DNA of 64,000 bases from Candidatus Bathyarchaeota archaeon. Its GTDB lineage: Archaea > Thermoproteota > Bathyarchaeia > Bathyarchaeales > Bathycorpusculaceae. A model generated the notes under the pieces. It did not search any database. It was not told the origin of the DNA and was given only the letters and a program-made list of their open reading frames with translations. Of this stretch, positions 30,475-39,904 are shown piece after piece; position 1 is the first letter of the stretch, and each line of letters starts with the position of its first letter. The position numbers and the translations under genes are program-made. The stretch covers positions 1-64,000 of the forward strand of contig CAVYHV010000030.1 in NCBI GenBank assembly GCA_963768425.1, written 5' to 3'.

Positions 30475-30611
30475 AAGATAACCAATCCCTTGTGCGGTAT
30501 AAATGGAATTGTGGTTGTGTAATTGCAACAACAGGCATGCATGCTTCGCGAAGCCACGTTTAATTTCGTGGAGTTGCAAATGATGGAACGTAGCGATTGT
30601 TTGTTTCATCA

Positions 30612-30830
30612 TCAATTTAAAATTGGTGGTGCTTCTTCGAAAACTGCTGGTAAAAGGGTTACATTGTCTTTTTTTGGTGCTGTTCGGTTTTTTGGTTTTG
30701 GTCTTTTCTTGTCGCCTATCCAGTACTGGCTCCAGCCCATGAAGAAAATAAAGATTAATGCTGGAAGAAGCAGAAGTGCGATGTTGCTGCGTTTACGCCT
30801 GCGGTTCTTTATTGCCAAGTTTGCACACAT
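30612..30830 (-). CDS. Small single-TM protein
   Basis: Basic N-terminus, hydrophobic helix, GWSQYWIG, basic tail. Confidence 0.6.
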   Translation of the reverse strand: MCANLAIKNRRRKRSNIALLLLPALIFIFFMGWSQYWIGDKKRPKPKNRTAPKKDNVTLLPAVFEEAPPILN

Positions 30831-31017
30831 TACCTCGTTGTGCAGTTTGCAAGATAAGCTTTGATAACTTGCAATATTGATTCAGAATCAACAAATGCGA
30901 AAGGAGAATAAGCTGCTATTCTGCAAAAGCTAAGAATACTCAAAAACCATTTCAATTAAGAAAGTTATTTCGTTTAAGGTCGGCAAAATTAAAAAAACTA
31001 ACTAAAAGAGGAAGAGT

Positions 31018-33467
31018 TTATACTTCCTCCAGCTTGTGTTGGTTTAGTCTTCGGTTTTTTTCTTTACATTCGAAGGGTGGATACTCTTTTAGTTTGTCAG
31101 CCATTTCGGTGAGTTGTTTGTTGACAAGATAGTTGATTGTTCCTTCTTCGAAGGTTCCGTCTGCCCGTAATTCGCCGGCTTTTGTTCCCGTGAGAAACTC
31201 TATTCCTTCATCGATTGTTTTTACTGAGTAAATGTTGAATTTGCCTGCTTTCACCGCTTCAACGAACTTCTTCTTTGAGCATCAGGTTCTGCACGTTGCT
31301 TTCCGGTATCATGACGCCTTGTTGCCCCGTGAGTCCTTGAAGTTTGCAGACTTCGAAGAAGCCTTCGATTTTTTCGTTTACTCCGCCGATGGCTTGGACT
31401 TCTCCTTTCTGGTTAACTGAGCCCGTGACGGCTATGTTCTGCTTTATTGGTAGCCCAGAGAGCGCTGAGAGGATCGAGTAGAGTTCGGTGCTTGATGCGC
31501 TGTCGCCTTCGACGCCTTCGTAGTTCTGCTCAAAAACCAGTCTTGCGGAGAGGCTTAAAGGTTTGTCTCGGATGTATTTATCGTTTAGGTAGCCGCTTAG
31601 GATCAAGACGCCTTTGGTGTGTATTGGTCCGCCCATCTTGGCTTCTCTTTCAATGTCAATTACTCCTTCTCTGCCCAAGCCGATGCTTGCCGTTACCCGC
31701 GAAGGGTTTCCGAATGCGAAGTCGCCCATACCCATAACTGATAAGCCGTTAACTTGCCCCACCTTTTCTTGAACCGTGTCGATAAGGAAGAATCCGCGTT
31801 TTATCATTTCCTGGATTTTTTCTTGGATGAGTTTTGAGCGGTAAACTTTTTCTTCTATCGCTTTCTTTATGTGCTCTCCAGTTATGAAGTCGGAGTTATC
31901 TTGTGTAGCGTAATAGTTTGCTTCGCGGATTACGTCGGCGACGTAGGCAAATTGCGTTGACAGTTTGTACTGGTCCTCTGCAATTCTTGAGCTGAACTCA
32001 ACAAGTTTTGCGATGCCTGTCCCGTCAAGGTGCTTGAGGTTTTCTTTTTCGCAAAGTGCGCATACCCAAGCGGCGTACTGCATCACTTTGCTCTTCTGTT
32101 CTATCCATAACGGTGTCGAATTCTGCTTTGATTTTGAAGAGCTCCCTAAAGTCAGGGTCTAACTCGAACATCATTTGGTAGAGGTAGGGGCTTCCAATCA
32201 GGATCACTTTGGCTGTTAATGGAATCGGTTGTGGTTTGAGGGTTTTGACGCTGAGGAATCCGTAGCGTTCTTCAGGTTCCGCTATGGTCATGTTTCCGTC
32301 TCTTAGGTCTCTTTTGAGGCCGTCGTAGGAGAACGGGTTTTGTAGCAACTCTTCAACTGGGACGATTAGGTATCCGCCGTTGGCTTTGTGGATTGAACCC
32401 GCACGAATCATGCTGAAGTCGGTGGTTAATGCTCCGAACTGAGCTTCTTTCTCGGTTTTGCCAAGAAGGTTGGGGTACGTTGGGTTTGTTTCCATAACCA
32501 CAGGGGCGCCTTTGGTTTCGGAGTTGTCGATGACAACGTTTACCTCGTATTTCTTGTAGGGGTCTTCACTCATCCAAGGCATCTGGAACGGAAACTGCTC
32601 CTGCTGCTCGCCTCCTTGGCTTCTTCTGATGAACTGCTGAAGGTTATCCAGCATGTCATTCTCCACAGCTTTAAGATACTCTGTCACCTCCGCGGAATCA
32701 CCATATTTCTCCCTGAGTCTTTCCACAAGATTGCCGATGGCGTAAAGTGCAACTTCCTTGTTTAGCTTCTTTAAGGCATCATGAATCTGTCTTTCCATAT
32801 CGATGAGTTGACGCATCGTGTTCCTGAATTCTGTCTCCAGCGTTTCCCTTTTCTCTTGAAGTTTATCCTTCGTTTTCTGGGGCAACGCCAACATTTCTTC
32901 TTCGCTGAGAGGTTTGCCGTCTAAAACTGGAATAAGTAGCAGGCCGATGGGTGTAGTTTGGATGACGAAGCCTTCGCGTTGAGCTTTTACATTTAGTTCT
33001 TCAATCAGCTGTTTTCTCTTTTCTTCTAAGCCCCGGATGGTGGCTTCCCTTCTTGCAGCGTAATCTTCACTTTCGAAAGCTTTTGGGAGCGCATTTTTTA
33101 CGTTTTCAATAAGATTCTTCATGTCATCTCGAAATTCTTTGCCTTTTCCCGCCGAAAGCTGTATGGCTTTTGGTTCGTATTGATTCCCGAAATTGTTAAC
33201 GTAGCACCAGTCAGGGGGGACAGGCTGAGTTTTAGCTTGGGCTTCAACGAAGCTTTTAACTGTTGTTTTTCTTCCTGTCCCAGGGTAACCTGCCACGTAC
33301 ATGTTGAATCCGTGGTTTTTTATTCCTAAGCCGAATTTTAAGGCGCGAACGGCTCTTTCTTGCCCGATGATCTCATCAAGGGGTGATAGTTCTTTTGTTG
33401 ATTCACATTGCATAAGGTCAGGGGGACATGTGTTTCTGAGTTTTTCCATTGGCAACTTGTTTACCAT
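31018..33467 (-). CDS. LonC-type soluble Lon protease (AAA_32-like plus S16 protease domain), frameshifts near 32088 and 31262
   Basis: IIGQERA, GYPGTGRKT, PPDWCYVNNF, GSIHKANGGYL, EGDSASS (catalytic Ser), GGVNEKIEGF (Lys); no TM insertion. Confidence 0.88.
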
Positions 33468-33675
33468 GTCAGAGTCACTTCGTTAAACAGACAAAACCAG
33501 TTACAATTTTAATGAGGGTTGCTTCGTAATTAAGTTTCTGTTAGCTTAAAATCTATGTACTTAGGATCATGCGAGCGCAAAAACAAATTAAGGGTTGCTT
33601 GCCTGCAAATGTATGTCTATTCGATGAATCGATATCCGGGGGCAAAAATGTTTAGAAAAATCAACTTATTAATTT

Positions 33676-34224
33676 TCATTTTGGTGTTCGAACGAATTTT
33701 CTTAGGATTTCTTGGTTTCTAACTTCAGGGTGGAACAAGGTTCCGTAGATGCTTTTGCTTTTGTGCTTTATTAATTGAATGCACAGTGGCGATTTTGCCC
33801 AAACCTCAAAATCCGCTTTGGGTTCCAAGCAGATGCTGTGAAGCGAATAAGCCTTAAAGTCGCCTGAAAAAAGCGGGTTTTCCTTTACTGTGCTCACAGG
33901 GGTCATCCCGATTTCCAAACATCGCCTCAAACCCATGCCGTAAACCACTCCGATTGTTTGCATGCCAGCGCAGATGCCCAGCGTCGGCTTCTCCGTTTCC
34001 TTGAGCCATTGAAATTTGTCTGGCTGACTTAACGTAGCCGTATCCTTCAGTGGGGTTCCTGAAAGGATGATGACCTCGCACGCGCTAAGATCCTCGCTGG
34101 TTAAGTCAAGATAATGCTTGACAACCCACTTGTCTAAGGGTTTGGCAATTTCAATTATGGGTAACACGAACTCGAAATAGCCCAATGAATCCTTCTTGCA
34201 ATTCATGTCAACAATTAGGATCAT
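33676..34224 (-). CDS. Class I glutamine amidotransferase (GuaA-A-like)
   Basis: ILSG, LGICAGMQ (Cys), FHPE (His-Glu). Confidence 0.88.
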   Translation of the reverse strand: MILIVDMNCKKDSLGYFEFVLPIIEIAKPLDKWVVKHYLDLTSEDLSACEVIILSGTPLKDTATLSQPDKFQWLKETEKPTLGICAGMQTIGVVYGMGLRRCLEIGMTPVSTVKENPLFSGDFKAYSLHSICLEPKADFEVWAKSPLCIQLIKHKSKSIYGTLFHPEVRNQEILRKFVRTPK

Positions 34225-34901
34225 TTTTCGACCAGCCGCGCTCTGTTAATCTTAAACACTCCCGAGTTTCCCCTTGCTGTGGAGGTGTAATCGAGGATTT
34301 CGATTTTCTTTTTGAACAGTGGTGCGTCCAAAACGGTGGTTTCAATTTCGCCACCTTCCCCAGAAGGACTAATCGAGTATTTTTGTTGAAGGTCCAAAAG
34401 CCTACTTATAAGATTGGGGTCGATTTGTTTTCCAAGCCATTTCTCGTCAAGAGGGTACGCGAAAACCCCTGAGATAACCACTTCAAAGCGCTTTTGGACA
34501 AGTTCTTCCAAAAGGGCCTTCTGGTCATGTTTCCAAAGTGGGTTAAAACACCAAAGACCCAGGTTATTGCAAATGCGTTGAACGCGCTCCGTCTGGTAGA
34601 CCGACTCGACCGCGCCAGTCACGACACCTTCAATCTGGAATTCTTTGGCTGTTTGAGCGATGGCTTCTTCGAGGTCTAAGAGTTCTTTTTCTTTTTCACC
34701 CCGAGTCCTCTTTGCGATACGCGGAAGATTCAGGGCTTCAGCTTGAAGAGCCGTAATGTCGATGTTAGGTGTGTGAAACATGTAACTCTCCTTGTTTTCA
34801 GATAACAAAGTGACGAGGCAAACAACTTTTTCCACCTCTTCCGCGTAGTGAAGAGCAAGCGTAGAATCTTTGCCACCCGAAAACAGAACTCCCAGTCGCA
34901 T
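34221..34901 (-). CDS. dph6: Diphthine-ammonia ligase family PP-loop ATPase (Dph6-like)
   Basis: LFSGGKDS, SYMFH, VTGAVESVYQ, PLW, GEGGEIETTVLDAPLF. Confidence 0.88.
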   Translation of the reverse strand: MRLGVLFSGGKDSTLALHYAEEVEKVVCLVTLLSENKESYMFHTPNIDITALQAEALNLPRIAKRTRGEKEKELLDLEEAIAQTAKEFQIEGVVTGAVESVYQTERVQRICNNLGLWCFNPLWKHDQKALLEELVQKRFEVVISGVFAYPLDEKWLGKQIDPNLISRLLDLQQKYSISPSGEGGEIETTVLDAPLFKKKIEILDYTSTARGNSGVFKINRARLVEK

Positions 34902-34953
34902 GGCTAACTTAAAAAGAAAACCGACTAATATCCCTGTTTGACGAAATTGCTCT

Positions 34954-36150
34954 TTAAGCTTTTACGTTGCAGATATTGGGAATTGCCTTTAGCTCCTTTA
35001 TGATTTCGGGACTGACTTTTTGGTGGAGCACATACACTGATATTGCGTAGCCGCTGCTTCCTATTTGCCTCGAGTAATTAGCTCTTATGTTTATGTCGTT
35101 GTCAGCCAAAACCTTGTCGATGTTAGCGAAGACCCCTGGAACGTCACGGTGATGAATGAATAGAGTGTAGACGGGTTTTTCCTCAAGTTCGATGCTCTCT
35201 CCAGCGTTAACAGCGTTCAAGAAGTCGCCGCCCAGCAGGAATCCTGAAACTACCCGGGCTATTTCGGTTGACGTTTCCTTTTGAGCTTCAACAGTTGAGG
35301 CTCCTAGATGGCTGCTCAAAACTACGTTATCAAGCTCTTTGAGGTTGGTTTTGAATTCGGCGCCTTCAGCTTTGGGTTCATCAACGAAGACATCGAGTGC
35401 GGCTCCCGCAATTTTTCCTTCCTTTAAGGCTTTGTACAATGCTTGTTCGTTGATATTGTTGCCTCTCGAAGTGTTAATCAAATAGGCTGTTGGCTTCATC
35501 ATACCGAGTTCCCTTTCGCCGATAACCGCTTCCTTTCCGCCTGGAGTGTGAACACTCAAATAATCGGCTTTTGCCAAAACCTCTTCTTTCGTAATGAATT
35601 TTATGCCTGACTCTAAGCATGGCTTGATGTCGAAGCCGATAACTTCCATTTCAAAGCCTCGATGCGCGATTGCAGCCAGTCTTTGCCCGATTCTTCCGCA
35701 ACCCAAAATCCCCAAGGTTTTATAGGACAGTTCGTTGCCTTTCAGCTTCGCCTTTTTCCATTCGCCACCTTTCAGCGACTGATGAGCTTGGGGAGTTTTC
35801 CTTGAGATCGAAAGCATTAATCCGATGGCTAACTCTGCCACTGCGTTGGTGCTTCCGTAAGGGGCAGATTTTATCACTATCCCGTTTTCGGACGCTGCCG
35901 AAACATCGATGTTGTCATAACCTACACCTGCTCTTCCGATGATTTTGAGTTTGCCTTTTGCGCCTGCTTCGATAACTTGCCTTGTGACTTTGGTAGCGCT
36001 TCGCACGATTAGCGCATCGAAGCCATCGATGTCAGCTAAAAGCTTTTCTTCGTCTCGTTTATGCATGTCTGTTTCTATGCCAGCCTCTTCTAGCAGTTGT
36101 AAGCCTTCTTTTTCCAAACCATCGTTTAATAGCACTTTCATTTTAGCCAA
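34954..36150 (-). CDS. serA: D-3-phosphoglycerate dehydrogenase with ACT domain
   Basis: VRSATKV, RAGVGYDNID, GCGRIG, INTSRG, HLGASTVEAQ, HRDVPGV. Confidence 0.9.
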   Translation of the reverse strand: MAKMKVLLNDGLEKEGLQLLEEAGIETDMHKRDEEKLLADIDGFDALIVRSATKVTRQVIEAGAKGKLKIIGRAGVGYDNIDVSAASENGIVIKSAPYGSTNAVAELAIGLMLSISRKTPQAHQSLKGGEWKKAKLKGNELSYKTLGILGCGRIGQRLAAIAHRGFEMEVIGFDIKPCLESGIKFITKEEVLAKADYLSVHTPGGKEAVIGERELGMMKPTAYLINTSRGNNINEQALYKALKEGKIAGAALDVFVDEPKAEGAEFKTNLKELDNVVLSSHLGASTVEAQKETSTEIARVVSGFLLGGDFLNAVNAGESIELEEKPVYTLFIHHRDVPGVFANIDKVLADNDINIRANYSRQIGSSGYAISVYVLHQKVSPEIIKELKAIPNICNVKA

Positions 36151-36244
36151 CTCCTCCTATGCTTAGCAAGTTGGTGATTTAAGCTGATTGGCAGTCTACG
36201 ATAATAAATATTCTCAGAAGCAACGTTTTTGCTTTCATTCTGAG

Positions 36245-36529
36245 TTAGATTTTCTTTTTCAAGGCAGCAACTTGTTGCTTGCTCAAACGGGCAGTTGCTA
36301 CATTAAAGGTTGATACTTCATGACAGTAGGGACAGCGCAGCCGACGCATGTTTCCACGGTAAATGGAAATGAAGCTTGCTCCTGGAACCCAATGATAATT
36401 AAATTGCCTTTTGCATTTCGGGCAGGTTAACCTCGAAATTGTGTGGGGTCCGTACCTTGGTAGTAGCATAAAAACAACTATGAAAACAATAGCGGTAATT
36501 ATTACGTAGAATATTAGAAGATCTACCAT
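36245..36529 (-). CDS. Small membrane-anchored Zn-ribbon protein
   Basis: N-terminal TM, CPKC and CPYC. Confidence 0.75.
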   Translation of the reverse strand: MVDLLIFYVIITAIVFIVVFMLLPRYGPHTISRLTCPKCKRQFNYHWVPGASFISIYRGNMRRLRCPYCHEVSTFNVATARLSKQQVAALKKKI

Positions 36530-36641
36530 TGGTTTTCAGTTTTCAAAATGAGTATGTTTTGCTTATTAATATTTAGCCTTACTTTTTCAAGTCCACAGTC
36601 AAATTTGCCTAGTTTCGTAATAGCGCAAAAAGAGTTGGAGA

Positions 36642-38009
36642 CTACGCCTTTCTTGCGTAGGATAGAGCCTCTTCGATGTTTTGGAACCCGTATTTGACTT
36701 CGCTGAACTCTTTTGTCAGCATTTGCACATCTTGTTTGATCTGTGCAGGCGTCCGTTTGCCTTTTATAACGTCGAGCATTAGGTCACAGAGGTGTTTAAT
36801 GTCTCCTTCTCCAAGGCCCCTTCGGGTTACATCTTGGAAGCCGATTCTTAGCCCTGAGGGATTTTCTTTGCTGCTTTGGTCATCATAGGGCAAGAGGTTC
36901 TTGTTGAGGATTATGTTTGCGTCTTCGAGGTCTTGAGCAATCTTGTTGCCGCCGCCGAAACTGCGGATGTCAACGGCGATTTGGTGGCTCTTTGTAAAGC
37001 CTTTCTTTTCAGCTAGGACTTTGATACCGTTTTCAAACAGGTATTGCCCAGCGGTCTGAGCGTTCTTCACTATTTGTTTTGCGAAGTCCGCACCGAAAAG
37101 TTTCATCTCTAAAGATGCGACACCGAGAGCTGGCAACCTGCCCAGATGCGTGTTTGACGCTGTAAGTGGGAAAATGGCGAATTGGATTTTTTTGACCGCT
37201 TTTTCCAATGCTGGATTGTTCTGGTTTCCCATTATGACTCCGCCCTGTGGACCTGGGAAAGTTTTATGGGTTGAGGAAGTGATGAAATCAGCGCCTTCAC
37301 GAAGTGGGTCTTGGAATTGGCCTCCAGCTATTAAGCCTAGAACGTGCGATGCGTCGTAGGCTACATATGCGCCAACTTCGTCGCAGACAGCTTTTAACTC
37401 TTTAACTGGGTGCGGAAAAAGGAAGAGGCTGCCGCCGAATGTGACGATGCCGGGTTTGGCTGCTCGTATGACGTAGGCTGATTTTTCTGCATCAATGTTG
37501 AATTCGTCTGTGTCGTAAACATGGTTGATGTTATCTAAGCCTAGTATGTTGCCTGCTAAACCCGTATAGTCGTGTGAAATGTGGGCTCCGCAGCTTAGAG
37601 GTGTGACAACCATCTTGTTGTTTTTTGAAGCTAAAGACAAGCCTTTAAAAGTAGCTAGGTTCGCGTGGGTGCCCGAAACTAAGCGTACGTCTGCCCAGTC
37701 AGCTTTGAAGAGGCTCTTCATCAGGTCTGTTGCTAAATCTTCAATTTGGCACATGTACTTCTGTCCCTGATAATAACGTTTTTTGACATGGCCCTCTCGG
37801 TCATTGTCTCCTTCCGCGTACCTTTGTGCCAAGTCATGAGAGAAACATAGCATCTGATTGACAGCAGGAGACTTTAGTCCCTCGCTCGCAATCATGTTGA
37901 TACACTCTTTTTCGCGGTATTGCTCGTGTTTGCGGCTCGCCGAAATCAAGTTTTCGAATAGGTCTGAGAAATTGTCCATTTTAAGCTCTTCCCACGCTTG
38001 AATAATCAA
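36642..38009 (-). CDS. glyA: Serine hydroxymethyltransferase
   Basis: MIASE, YAEG, SGTHAN, YDASH, STHKTFPGPQGG, LNKN, SGLRIG; true start probably MDNF (~37980). Confidence 0.93.
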   Translation of the reverse strand: MIIQAWEELKMDNFSDLFENLISASRKHEQYREKECINMIASEGLKSPAVNQMLCFSHDLAQRYAEGDNDREGHVKKRYYQGQKYMCQIEDLATDLMKSLFKADWADVRLVSGTHANLATFKGLSLASKNNKMVVTPLSCGAHISHDYTGLAGNILGLDNINHVYDTDEFNIDAEKSAYVIRAAKPGIVTFGGSLFLFPHPVKELKAVCDEVGAYVAYDASHVLGLIAGGQFQDPLREGADFITSSTHKTFPGPQGGVIMGNQNNPALEKAVKKIQFAIFPLTASNTHLGRLPALGVASLEMKLFGADFAKQIVKNAQTAGQYLFENGIKVLAEKKGFTKSHQIAVDIRSFGGGNKIAQDLEDANIILNKNLLPYDDQSSKENPSGLRIGFQDVTRRGLGEGDIKHLCDLMLDVIKGKRTPAQIKQDVQMLTKEFSEVKYGFQNIEEALSYARKA

Positions 38010-38074
38010 CCGAATTGCACTTTGGACTATTTAGCCGTTACTAGGTTCATGTAAGCTTCAAAGGTTCATTCTTG

Positions 38075-38503
38075 TCATAGCATGTACATTACTATGTAGA
38101 ATATTTCTCCTGAAAGGAACGCAAACCACCAGATATAGAAAAGAGGTGAAGTCAGTAAGCGGTGATAACGGTTTTGTTTTTTTGCGCAAAGTGCCCAAAA
38201 ACCCGTAATAAGTGCCAGAATTTCCAGGGTCATGACAATAATGGCTACTGGCACGTGAACAACCATGAAGTAAATGTTTAGAAGAGGAGTCATTTGCAAT
38301 GTTTCTCCGTTCACGGCTCCGCCAAATGTTCGGTAAACCATGTAGCCTATTGAGACCGAAAGATCCCAAACAATAGCTGCAAATCCGGAAACCGGGTGAA
38401 AACGCTTCTTGCTTCTTCCAGTTAAGAATGCGTGGACAAACAGAAAAGCCACGGGAATCAAAGCGATTGCGACAAATGTGCTTGCAAACGGAGCAGTTGT
38501 CAT
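38075..38503 (-). CDS. Four-TM membrane protein with His residues (DUF420-like)
   Basis: Four hydrophobic helices with spaced His residues (RFH, VVH, RYH). Confidence 0.65.
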   Translation of the reverse strand: MTTAPFASTFVAIALIPVAFLFVHAFLTGRSKKRFHPVSGFAAIVWDLSVSIGYMVYRTFGGAVNGETLQMTPLLNIYFMVVHVPVAIIVMTLEILALITGFWALCAKKQNRYHRLLTSPLFYIWWFAFLSGEIFYIVMYML

Positions 38504-38542
38504 TATGTATCACCAATGGTTCAATGGGGTATGGAGGGCTTG

Positions 38543-39364
38543 CTAATTAAGGGTACGGTTTTTTGTTTCCGTTTGTATTGGGGTCTGAGTTATTTTTGCA
38601 ACGACTACTCCGCCTGACAAGATGCTGTTGTTGAGGAAGGTTATTTCTTTTCCAGAATCTAATTGGATGGCAGTGTTGAGTGCGGTGATTTCTTTGACTG
38701 TGCCTTGTTCGTTCATGAATGAAGTTACTACTCGATCGCCTACCTTGTAGTGTAGTCTGCTTTCTTTCAGCGTTTCATTTTCACGGACTGCTGTTATGAT
38801 TACTCCACCAGATGCGATGGCGCCGTTTGGAATGGTGATTTGACCTACATCTGTTTGAATTCTCATGACAAGAGCCGTCATTTCAATGACCTTTCCAGGG
38901 ATGCTGTTGACCATCACGTTATCTCCAACCTTAAACTTGTAGTTGGCGAAAACTAGAAAACCTGACAGGATGCTGCCGACGAACGTGGATATGACTAAGC
39001 CCGCGGTGATGGAGATTATTCCTGCACCTGTTAGTAGGTCAGTTGAGCGAACACCGATGGTTTCTAGAATTCCAAAAGTCGCGAACAGAAGGGCGATCAG
39101 AATCATTACGTAGTAGATTATCGTTGACGCTTGGGTGCCCATTTGCTGTGTCATAAAAACTCTAAAACGCAGTATGATTCCTATTGCAGCCAGAGAAAAA
39201 CCAATAATGATGATTATTCTCACTGCCTCGCCTATGATCTGGGTGAAACTGATGGGTTGAGGTTCAATGAATTGGTTGAAAAGGTAGATGGCGGCAACCG
39301 TTAAAGCTAATGTTACGATTAAGTAAACGAAGAGTCGTTGTAATGATGGTATAACTTTAGCCAT
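38543..39364 (-). CDS. MscS-family mechanosensitive channel with duplicated beta-domain
   Basis: TM helices then FKVGDNV..IPNG and a second YKVGDRV..FLNN repeat. Confidence 0.85.
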   Translation of the reverse strand: MAKVIPSLQRLFVYLIVTLALTVAAIYLFNQFIEPQPISFTQIIGEAVRIIIIIGFSLAAIGIILRFRVFMTQQMGTQASTIIYYVMILIALLFATFGILETIGVRSTDLLTGAGIISITAGLVISTFVGSILSGFLVFANYKFKVGDNVMVNSIPGKVIEMTALVMRIQTDVGQITIPNGAIASGGVIITAVRENETLKESRLHYKVGDRVVTSFMNEQGTVKEITALNTAIQLDSGKEITFLNNSILSGGVVVAKITQTPIQTETKNRTLN

Positions 39365-39507
39365 TTTAAACCTTCATAGCCAATAGTTTGCGAGCATGTT
39401 TCTATAGTTTTCCCAGCCACTTTGTTTTCTTGCTCTTTACATTAGGTTTTTATAACATTTATCGATGTTCGAAAATGATATATGCGTTCTAAAAGAATAG
39501 TTTAGTT

Positions 39508-39621
39508 ATGTCTGCGCCCAACTGCCCGTGCCCGAAGAAAGATTGCCTCCGTCATGCTAATTGTCAAGAATGCGTGGACTATCATAAGGCGAAGAATGAG
39601 TCGCCGTTTTGCGCCAGGTAA
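39508..39621 (+). CDS. 37-aa Cys/His-rich small protein (DUF6485-like), missed by the ORF track
   Basis: MSAPNCPCPKKDCLRHANCQECVDYHKAKNESPFCAR*; CxC-x4-C-x2-H-x2-C-x2-C-x3-H pattern. Confidence 0.75.
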   Translation: MSAPNCPCPKKDCLRHANCQECVDYHKAKNESPFCAR

Positions 39622-39628
39622 ATTGCAG

Positions 39629-39871
39629 ATGACTAAAGAATCAGACATGGACGCCCGAAGGAAACGGATGAAAATACAGGCAAAGTTCTGGAACCAAGTC
39701 GGCGCATCGGAACATGTTAACTTGCCCAAGCTGGAAGACGCTATTAGAAAAGAATTTGACTCTGCTGACGACAGGTTTGTAGAGGCGCAGGTTCGGCTAA
39801 TGCGGTCTGAAGGGCTAGTGAGCGTGCAGGAGAAAGCTAAGGTTTGGATCAAGCAGCCTAATGAGGGTTGA
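39629..39871 (+). CDS. Small hypothetical protein, possible winged helix
   Basis: ATG 8 nt after the small Cys protein; ends with helix LMRSEGLV plus a beta hairpin. Confidence 0.6.
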   Translation: MTKESDMDARRKRMKIQAKFWNQVGASEHVNLPKLEDAIRKEFDSADDRFVEAQVRLMRSEGLVSVQEKAKVWIKQPNEG

Positions 39872-39904
39872 TGGATTTTTCCCAGCAACAATTCCGGTAA
39901 TGAA

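Noticed and set aside
29647-31017. Possible element integrated at tRNA-Glu
   Set aside because: No integrase or duplicated tRNA end, and the accessory genes lie 5' of the tRNA.
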